Shown here: positions 1 through 6,101 of the stretch, piece by piece | Numbering within the stretch: position 1 is the first letter of the stretch | Layout: every line of letters starts with the position of its first letter | Origin: Bacteroidia bacterium | GTDB taxonomy: Bacteria; Bacteroidota; Bacteroidia; M30B66 | Direction of reading: 5' to 3' | Assembly: GCA_019695235.1 (NCBI GenBank) | Contig: JAIBAI010000003.1 | Coordinates: 26,390-90,389 of the forward strand | DNA: 64,000 nt | Notes under the pieces: model-generated | Seen by the model: the letters and a program-made list of their open reading frames with translations, nothing else | The model's database searches: none | Told to the model about the DNA's origin: nothing | Made by a program: the position numbers and the translations under genes

Positions 1-303
1 CTTTCTGCTTATCAAGAAACCAAACAGCATCAATGAGGCCGTCATACGTTTATAACCGCTGAAAAGGTCCGGATCGGCCTGTATTTGTCTGATTTGATCT
101 ATCACCTGCTGGTTACCCATCTGAATGAGTTCGTCATCTTTAAGCAAACGAGTTGTTGTAGAAGGCTTCCTACCTTGTTTGCCAGATTGTGCCTTGTAAT
201 AATATTGATGGCGTGTCATATCCATAATTGAAAGAACTGCACCCCGGCTCAATCCCAAAGAACAGTAAATGCCAGCTAATTCCTTCTTCTCGGCAATTGA
301 TAC
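1..303 (-). CDS. IS3-family transposase OrfB frame, N-terminal 101 codons only (3' part outside the window); expressed as an OrfAB fusion by -1 frameshifting
   Basis: My translation of the -1 frame after the A-run is VSIAEKKELAGIYCSLGLSRGAVLSIMDMTRHQYYYKAQSGKQGRKPSTTTRLLKDDELIQMGNQQVIDQIRQIQADPDLFSGYKRMTASLMLFGFLISRK. It is open for exactly 101 codons to position 1. The pattern is typical of the HTH region preceding the DDE domain in IS3 OrfB. Confidence 0.75.
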
Positions 304-593
304 TTTTTTTTTAGCAACTCATCCTTAAGTTTTGATTCCAGCTCCTTTTCAATCAACAGATCCTTAAGACGCTGATTTTCCTTTCGTAATCGTTTAATTT
401 CTTTCAATTGATCGGGGGGCATCCCATGGGTAAATCCTTCCGCCCCCATCGATTCATACTTGGCCTTCCAGCTATAATAAGTAGCCGGATAAATGCCATA
501 CTTCTCGCAAGTAGCGGTTACTCCCCGTTCTGTGGCCTCTCTTAGGATGGCCAGCTTTTCTTCTTTGGTTTTACGATTTGTGCGCTCGTTCAT
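276..593 (-). CDS. IS3-family transposase OrfA (HTH DNA-binding subunit)
   Basis: 105 aa. N-terminal HTH-like KEEKLAILREATERGVTATCEKYGIYPATYYSWKAKY, followed by a leucine-zipper-like C-terminus IKRLRKENQRLKDLLIEKELESKLKDELLKKK. The gene ends just after the slippery A-run. Confidence 0.85.
   Translation of the reverse strand: MNERTNRKTKEEKLAILREATERGVTATCEKYGIYPATYYSWKAKYESMGAEGFTHGMPPDQLKEIKRLRKENQRLKDLLIEKELESKLKDELLKKKYQLPRRRN
303..312 (-). promoter_or_regulatory. Programmed -1 ribosomal frameshift site (A AAA AAG within an A9G run)
   Basis: Minus strand reads CTA AAA AAA AAG TAT in the orfA frame. A AAA AAG is the canonical IS3/IS150/IS911-type slippery heptamer. The orfA stop follows 27 nt later, and the -1 frame is open. 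Confidence 0.6.
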
Positions 594-714
594 GAATAGT
601 CAAATTTATGACTAACCTTGTCCGATTATTTAGTAGGGCAGAACAGTAGAAACTCATTCACTACCAATTGTCTAAATGATTAATAACTGTCATATCTTTG
701 ATAAAATAGCTCTT

Positions 715-2082
715 ATGAAAACTACAGTATTATTTATTATAGCCTTATTTTCAGCGATCAGCCAGATCTCTCACGCCCAAAGACACATTATTTATGAGAA
801 CAACTTCACGAACTATTCTGTTTCAGAGGGCTGGATCATGCATAACCTTGACGGTGACATAAGCTCGACCCCGGGTAGGATTGCCAATTCTTACAGCGGC
901 GAGATTATCAATTACGGTCTTGGGCTAAAGAAAAATGATACTGTTTCGAAGGCCATGATTTCACCGCCAATTATTCTCAATGAACATTCCTTCATTGAGT
1001 TCTACTCCAATATAAATCCTCCTTTAACTCCAAACCCACCACCTGTATTCTCATTTTGGGTTCTACCGGATCCGAATGATACCCTACCAGGCGGACAGGC
1101 CGACAGTATCGCGCGGGTAAATCCGAATGGGTTTAACATTTTTAACCTTAATGCATATAAAAATTCCACAGTACGATTTATGTTCAAATTTACTGGAATT
1201 ACGCGCCACGTATTCGTCCCTGCCCGTCCCTTGCAAATAGATGATATAAAAGTATTTGACAGAACCCGTTTGGCCTTTATTCCTGATATCTGTTTCAGAA
1301 ATTATCTGATGTCGGTAATTCCCGAAGCGTTCGATAATGACAGTCTCGATTATACACACCCCTCAGTTGTTACACTTCGCCGAATTGAACACCCAAGCTC
1401 CTGCATAGAGACGTTGGAAGGAATTGAATACTTCCCTAACCTCAGAACACTGAAGCTGCCATTTAACCGGCTATACTCTATTCCAGTGCCGGAGATAACG
1501 TATCTCGATTCATTCTATGTCAACAATAACTATCTCGAAAGAATACCCGACATTCCCTGGGCTCGTTTTATCGACTATAGCTACAATCTTGCCCGGAACA
1601 TCCCGGAATTTTCTAACCAGCTTGTAGTGCGACTTGATATTCACCATAACCAGATTTATGGTTGCTTAAAAGGCTCTAACCGATTCGCACGGGGAAGTCT
1701 GAAGAACAATATTAGCATTTTCGCAGGCTCCTTTACCTATTACGATTTACAATTCGATTATAAATATTCATTTGGTCGTGCCAATCCAGATTTCCCTTTG
1801 CCAGCTTGTAGCAAGATGAGAAGTTCTGTGTCTGGGTATGTATATTTCGATGCAAACATGAATGGTATTTTTGACTCAACTGACTTCGCGATCAGCAATG
1901 CAACAATTATTTCTCAACAATCAACAATACTCATATCAAATAGTGCGGGTTACTATTCTTTTATTAAAGATTCAGGAAACGTAAATGTAGAGTTGGCAAC
2001 TTGCCTTCATATACAACATGCACCAACACGCTTGATACAGTCATCGTTCCCTATCAACACATTGACCATAACTTTAGGGTAA
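715..2082 (+). CDS. Adhesin fragment 1: signal peptide, N-terminal lectin-like module, leucine-rich repeats, SdrD B-like module
   Basis: Signal peptide MKTTVLFIIALFSAISQISHAQ. LRR-like units LRTLKLPFNRLYSIP, YVNNNYLERIP and DIHHNQIYG, then SGYVYFDANMNGIFDSTD. The biologically coherent frame ends near 1999; the remainder to 2082 is out-of-frame read-through. Confidence 0.6.
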   Translation: MKTTVLFIIALFSAISQISHAQRHIIYENNFTNYSVSEGWIMHNLDGDISSTPGRIANSYSGEIINYGLGLKKNDTVSKAMISPPIILNEHSFIEFYSNINPPLTPNPPPVFSFWVLPDPNDTLPGGQADSIARVNPNGFNIFNLNAYKNSTVRFMFKFTGITRHVFVPARPLQIDDIKVFDRTRLAFIPDICFRNYLMSVIPEAFDNDSLDYTHPSVVTLRRIEHPSSCIETLEGIEYFPNLRTLKLPFNRLYSIPVPEITYLDSFYVNNNYLERIPDIPWARFIDYSYNLARNIPEFSNQLVVRLDIHHNQIYGCLKGSNRFARGSLKNNISIFAGSFTYYDLQFDYKYSFGRANPDFPLPACSKMRSSVSGYVYFDANMNGIFDSTDFAISNATIISQQSTILISNSAGYYSFIKDSGNVNVELATCLHIQHAPTRLIQSSFPINTLTITLG

Positions 2083-2173
2083 TTTCAACAACAGACTACT
2101 GCAACGTCTCACTCGCCATAACAAGTAATCTGACTGCAAGGCCTGATCAGGAATTTTATTTATATGCTCTGTC

Positions 2174-3154
2174 AAAAACAACACCGGATATCACCAGAAT
2201 GTAACGGTAAAATTTGCTATCCCGCATGATGTAACATTCTTAAATGCTCCAAATCTGACAATAACCGGGGATACTGCATATATTTCCACTACCCTTGACC
2301 CTTTTGGACAAAAGTCATTTCAGCTGAGACTCATAGCGGGTGCAGTTTACTCAGAACGGAATGTTATCATAACTGGTATTATTTATTGCGATAATGATGC
2401 AGATACCTACAATAACAGTGCTTCCAGAACGATATTTATAACTGACCGGCGGCCATACGATCCCAACAACAAACTTGTATCAACACCGGTTGTAGATTCG
2501 AGCTTTGCAGACTTTCTCCTGTACACCATAAATTTTGAAAACATCGGAACGGGGAATGCAAAGCACGTTATTGTAAGAGACCGTCTGGATCCTCTTCTTG
2601 ATCCAACGTCATTTGAATTTCTGGGTAGTACGCACCCCTGTATTCCCACATTTGGTCTGAATAATCTTTTACAATTTACTTTTTCGCCGATTGTCCTTAC
2701 TCCTACCTCGGTAAACCCCGACAGTTCACACGGTACGCTCTGGTATCGGATAAAGCCCCAAAGTCCGTTGATGCCGGGTGACACCATTTTCAACAGCGCA
2801 AGTATTATTTTCGATACTGAACCAGCCATATCCACGAATGTGGCAACAGTTTGGGTTGAAAAGCCAAAAGCAGATTTCATCACGTTATCGAGTCCGGTAA
2901 TCTGCGCCGGAGATACGCTTCATTTTAACGATATTTCAACGGGATTGCCATTAAAGTGGGAATGGACTTTTACTGGTGGAAATATTGCCAGTTCGGAGCA
3001 GAAATATCCAAGCGTTTCGTTTGATACACCCGGAATCTACGATGTTTCATTGATTGCACACTGGGCTAATAAATCAGACACGCTTTTCCGCCCTGGCTAT
3101 GTCCGTGTGGTTGACCCCCCCCCTTGCAGAACTGCTTGTTTCTGGACCTCTTGA
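2174..3154 (+). CDS. Adhesin fragment 2: conserved-repeat (DUF11/DUF7619-like) domain and one PKD-like module; no start codon of its own
   Basis: Frame 2 is open from 2147. My translation includes KNNTGYHQNVTVKFAIPHD, RPYDPNNKLV, YTINFENIGTGNAKHVIVRDRLDPLLDP, SHGTLWYRIKP, IFNSASIIFDTEPAISTN and WEWTFTGG...GIYDVSLIA. It joins fragment 1 if the A5 run were A6. Confidence 0.55.
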   Translation, partial: KNNTGYHQNVTVKFAIPHDVTFLNAPNLTITGDTAYISTTLDPFGQKSFQLRLIAGAVYSERNVIITGIIYCDNDADTYNNSASRTIFITDRRPYDPNNKLVSTPVVDSSFADFLLYTINFENIGTGNAKHVIVRDRLDPLLDPTSFEFLGSTHPCIPTFGLNNLLQFTFSPIVLTPTSVNPDSSHGTLWYRIKPQSPLMPGDTIFNSASIIFDTEPAISTNVATVWVEKPKADFITLSSPVICAGDTLHFNDISTGLPLKWEWTFTGGNIASSEQKYPSVSFDTPGIYDVSLIAHWANKSDTLFRPGYVRVVDPPPCRTACFWTS

Positions 3155-5102
3155 ATTCTGCGAGGGTGACTCTGTTGTTCTTTCCGCTGCATTGGAAGGG
3201 GCCACCTATCTTTGGTCTGATGGCTCAGTTGGAAGGGAAAACGTAGTTACAGAATCCGGGGCGATATCTTTTATCATTACAACTAGCTCAGGCTGTTCAG
3301 CTACTTCGGAGGTGGTTTCAATCAAGGAGAAAGAAGCATCCCCTCCGGTGATAACCGGAGACTCATTCATTTGTGAAGGTTCAACCTCGGAAATCAGCAC
3401 GCCTGATATGTATGTGGATTATTTATGGTCTACAGGAGACACTATCAATATGATCAATCAACCTGCAGGAACGTATTACCTAGATGTTACCCTCAACAAT
3501 GGATGTACGAGTCGTGCTGCCTTTACTATTGCTAATTATTCTAAGCGAGATATAAACCTTCCGGAAATCGTTGACCTGTGTGAGGGAGACACTGCGTTTG
3601 TCACTGCAACATCTGATTTTGCTACCTATCAATGGTCCACGGGCGACACAACAGCATCCGTAAAGCTTACTTCTGAAGGAATTTATAATGTTCAGGTTAC
3701 AGATTCATTTTCGTGTCTTTATACGGATACCTTTTCAATTTCATTGATTGAAAAACCTGTGGCAACTATTTTAGGTTCTGTTTCATTCTGTGAAGGCAAT
3801 TATACAACCCTATCGGTTAAGGGTACTTTTGCAAGCTCCGAATGGTCAACCGGACAATCAAATGTCGACAGCATAACTGTTTCCCAAGCAGGCCAAATTT
3901 CACTTGTCGTAATTGCCGAAAATTCCTGCCGCGATTCGGTAACCGTCAACGTTGTGGTGCATGATAATCCTAATGTTGTAATTTCCGGCCCAACTTCGTT
4001 CTGTGAAGGGACAGCGATAATGCTCTCTGCTGAAAGTGGGTTTATCGGATACCAATGGTCAACAGGGGAAACTGCCGTTGATAGTATAACAGTCTCCCAG
4101 GAAGGGGAGATTTCACTTACAGTAGTTGATGAAAACAGTTGTACCTGCACAGCTACGATTACAATAACAGAATTCGCACAACCTGAAGTATCTATTTCCG
4201 GCCCCGCTTTTTTGTGCGAAGGTAGCTCTGTTACCCTTTCGGCAACACCTGGCTTTCAAAGCTATAATTGGTCGGTGACCAAAAGCAATTCTGCAATCAT
4301 TGCTACAAAACAATCTGGAAGTATAGCCGTCACGGTTTCAGATGCCAACGAATGTATCGGCCATGCAAGTATTGAAATAATTGAACTTCCTGTTCCGTCA
4401 TTCACCATTGTCGGCAATAATTATTTTTGTGAGGGGTCTTCAACCATAATCGCGGTCGACGGAGAATTTCCGAGCTATAAATGGAATACAGGCGATACAA
4501 CAGCAAACATTACAGTTTATTCAGGAGGGGAGGTTATTGTGGTCGTAACGGGTGAAAATATGTGCCGGGAAACCGCATCATTCCATATAACTGAGCTACC
4601 ATTACCGGAAATAGTTATGGCCGGCTTCACTGAAAATTTATTATGTATCCATAATTCCAATCCGGTGGCTTTTTCGGCCATTCCTGAAGGTGGAACTTTC
4701 AGTGGAAATGCGATGAATGGAAATATCTTTTATCCCGACCTAGCATCACTAGGACTTAATTACATCAGCTACAGCTATACAGATTCGTTCGGTTGCAGTG
4801 CGTTTGCCTACGATTCCATATTTGTAGACAACTGCACCGCAATCATAACAACGGAACTCCACGACGCTTTCAACATTTATCCCAACCCTACAGAATCGGT
4901 TATAAAAATTGCTATTCCTGAAGATTTAAAAGAACTCTCTGTTTCGGTAAGAAATGCAATCGGTAAAGAATTACTTTCCCTAACAGGAATAGCCTCCAAA
5001 AATGTTATTTCCGTGGATCTTAGCCCATATGGGACAGGTCTGTACTTAATCACCCTTAATTGCGAGAGTGTTTTCAAACAATTTAAAGTGATAAAACGAT
5101 AA
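3054..5102 (+). CDS. Adhesin fragment 3: seven Ig-like CEG modules and a type A T9SS C-terminal sorting domain
   Basis: Sensible sequence starts at the C9 tract (PPLAELLVSGPLEFCEG). The repeated pattern is F/LCEG...Y.WSTG.T...C. The C-terminus is NIYPNPTESVIKIAIPEDL...GLYLITLNCESVFKQFKVIKR. Confidence 0.65.
   Translation: MHTGLINQTRFSALAMSVWLTPPLAELLVSGPLEFCEGDSVVLSAALEGATYLWSDGSVGRENVVTESGAISFIITTSSGCSATSEVVSIKEKEASPPVITGDSFICEGSTSEISTPDMYVDYLWSTGDTINMINQPAGTYYLDVTLNNGCTSRAAFTIANYSKRDINLPEIVDLCEGDTAFVTATSDFATYQWSTGDTTASVKLTSEGIYNVQVTDSFSCLYTDTFSISLIEKPVATILGSVSFCEGNYTTLSVKGTFASSEWSTGQSNVDSITVSQAGQISLVVIAENSCRDSVTVNVVVHDNPNVVISGPTSFCEGTAIMLSAESGFIGYQWSTGETAVDSITVSQEGEISLTVVDENSCTCTATITITEFAQPEVSISGPAFLCEGSSVTLSATPGFQSYNWSVTKSNSAIIATKQSGSIAVTVSDANECIGHASIEIIELPVPSFTIVGNNYFCEGSSTIIAVDGEFPSYKWNTGDTTANITVYSGGEVIVVVTGENMCRETASFHITELPLPEIVMAGFTENLLCIHNSNPVAFSAIPEGGTFSGNAMNGNIFYPDLASLGLNYISYSYTDSFGCSAFAYDSIFVDNCTAIITTELHDAFNIYPNPTESVIKIAIPEDLKELSVSVRNAIGKELLSLTGIASKNVISVDLSPYGTGLYLITLNCESVFKQFKVIKR
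3125..4615 (+). repeat. Seven tandem, divergent ~71-aa (~213-nt) coding modules inside the adhesin
   Basis: CEG motifs recur as LEFCEGD, SFICEGS, DLCEGD, SFCEGN, SFCEGT, FLCEGS and YFCEGS. Each is followed by Y.WS(T)G and a conserved Cys. Two neighbouring units share VDSITVSQ(A/E)G(Q/E)ISL. Confidence 0.6.
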
Positions 5103-5107
5103 TTATT

Positions 5108-5382
5108 TTAAATATTTAGAAGTTCATCAAGGATATTTTTATCACCGTCAATTAGCTTTTGAAAGTACTCCTTGTTGCCTCTTTTTAATTTCTTTTCTCT
5201 GATTAACATCTGCGATTTTGTTGGCATTTCTTCAACATATACAAGCTTCCAGGGCCTTTTGTGCTTTGTTGAAATAGTAAAACCTAAATTATGCTGCTCA
5301 AGCCGTTTAACAGGGTTCTCAGAAGACCCCTTGTAAAACGTGCCATCAGACTCAATTGAATGATGTAGACGTAATATGCCAT
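5108..5382 (-). pseudogene. Small GIY-YIG nuclease-family (UPF0213-like) gene with a 1-nt frame break near 5350
   Basis: The ATG at 5382 gives MAYYVYIIQ, the GIY-type motif. The rest (ESDGTFYKGSSENPVKRLEQHNLGF...KRPWKLVYVEEMPTKSQMLIREKKLKRG) is in the adjacent frame. The span is 275 nt, one short of a multiple of three. Confidence 0.65.
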
Positions 5383-5386
5383 AAAA

Positions 5387-5416
5387 CAAAAAAGCCTCAC
5401 AGTTGTGAGGCTTTTT
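5387..5416 (-). terminator. Rho-independent terminator directly after tRNA-Asp (hairpin is symmetric and could act in both directions)
   Basis: 8-bp stem AGCCTCAC (5393..5400) / GTGAGGCT (5405..5412) with a 4-nt loop. The minus strand reads GCCTCACAACTGTGAGGC followed by TTTTTTG. Confidence 0.65.
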
Positions 5417-5417
5417 G

Positions 5418-5491
5418 CGGACCGGACGGGACTCGAACCCGCGACCTCCGCCGTGACAGGGCGGCATTCTAACCAGCTGAACTACCGGTCC
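5418..5491 (-). tRNA. tRNA-Asp (anticodon GTC), 74 nt, CCA not encoded
   Basis: Hand-folded cloverleaf. Acceptor GGACCGG/CCGGTCC, D arm GTTC..GAAT, anticodon stem CCGCC/GGCGG with loop CTGTCAC (GTC at positions 34-36), T arm GCGGG TTCGAGT CCCGT, discriminator G. Confidence 0.9.
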
Positions 5492-5926
5492 GTTTTTTCT
5501 GTAGCTTTCTGCTAATAAGACCTGAGTCGTACTGCTTACTGCCAGAGAGGCGCAAAAGTAATACATTTTTTTTTACAAACAAGCATCTTTAGAAAAATGG
5601 CAAATTTCCTGCCGGGCCCGGTGGTCCCCTTAATAAATAGGTGTCATTTGTTGCCAACACCTCCTGGCGTCTGTTTGTTCTTTTAAAAGAACCTGCTGCC
5701 CTTTGCCAAACATGCCCATAGTCAAACTGCTGTAGGCCTGGGCGGAAGGCATATTTTCGTAATTTGGATGAACTCCCTTGTGCTCAGTATGAAGAACCGG
5801 TTGCTGGTACCAGAACAAACCCTGAATTCGTAATAGTTACACTACTGTAACCTTTCTACACCTTTGACGTTTAGAATACTGTCGTGATTAAACTCCGACG
5901 CTTTTTCATGTATAGTGGTTTTATGT

Positions 5927-5956
5927 GGAAAAAGGTGGCCCCGGCCACCTTTTTTG
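5927..5956. terminator. Strong GC hairpin flanked by A-run and T-run (bidirectional terminator-like) with no assigned gene
   Basis: Sequence GGAAAAA GGTGGC CCCG GCCACC TTTTTTG: a 6-bp GC-rich stem (5934..5939 / 5944..5949), a 4-nt loop and T6 downstream. The complementary strand also has a T-run after the stem. Confidence 0.45.
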
Positions 5957-6101
5957 TTTCTAAAATCCAGATTGGGGCTCAAAACCGGCGATTTTAACCA
6001 TCTACACATTCAACCTAAATCTTACATCTGTAATGCTGTAGTTGAATGCTGCCGAATGAAAAGCGAAGTACACACGTACTTTGTGCATGCGATTGTTCTG
6101 C

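Larger units (their letters stand above)
1..645 (-). mobile_element. IS3-family insertion sequence, orfA-proximal part; the element continues beyond the left window edge
   Basis: orfA lies at 276..593 and an A9G slippery run at 303..312. A -1 frame stays open from 303 to 1 and gives an IS3 OrfB-type N-terminus. Minus-strand TGTTCTGCCCTACTAAAT (645..628) resembles an IS3-type terminal inverted repeat starting with TG. The element end is therefore placed near 645 but could be as far as 660. Confidence 0.75.
715..5102 (+). pseudogene. Large T9SS-sorted surface adhesin (LRR + conserved-repeat + PKD + Ig-like modules + type A CTD) interrupted by three 1-nt frame breaks
   Basis: Domain order is coherent across four consecutive frames: frame 1 (715..~1999), frame 0 (~2001..2177), frame 2 (2174..3123) and frame 0 (3123..5102). 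The breaks lie at about 1999, at an A5 run (2174..2178) and at a C9 run (3115..3123). Confidence 0.7.

Noticed and set aside
2407-2883. 158-aa minus-strand ORF inside the adhesin locus
   Set aside because: The plus strand here encodes the highly recognisable conserved-repeat domain (YTINFENIGTGNAKHVIVRDRLD...). The antisense translation has no features.
715-5102. Programmed ribosomal frameshifting or recoding as an explanation for the split adhesin
   Set aside because: It would require three separate shifts in different directions: +1-type at two sites and -1-type at one. The first site has no slippery motif. Mutational decay or consensus errors are far more economical explanations.
5418-5491. 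tRNA-Asp as the attachment site of an integrated element covering 1..5417
   Set aside because: I could not find by eye a direct repeat of the tRNA 3' end in 1..5400, and no integrase is present in the window. The idea is kept only as something to check in the finding on localised decay.
5108-5566. 152-aa ORF in the track taken as one protein
   Set aside because: Its N-terminal two thirds are the reverse translation of tRNA-Asp (5418..5491) and its terminator hairpin. Only the part from 5382 downwards is a GIY-YIG gene, and that gene is frameshifted.
5630-5818. 62-aa minus-strand ORF as a real small gene
   Set aside because: It has a TTG start with no recognisable motif, signal or domain, and the first ATG would leave only 40 aa. 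It lies in a region with several short frame-hopping ORFs, so it is more likely a remnant or noise. It is kept only as part of the finding on 5567..6101.
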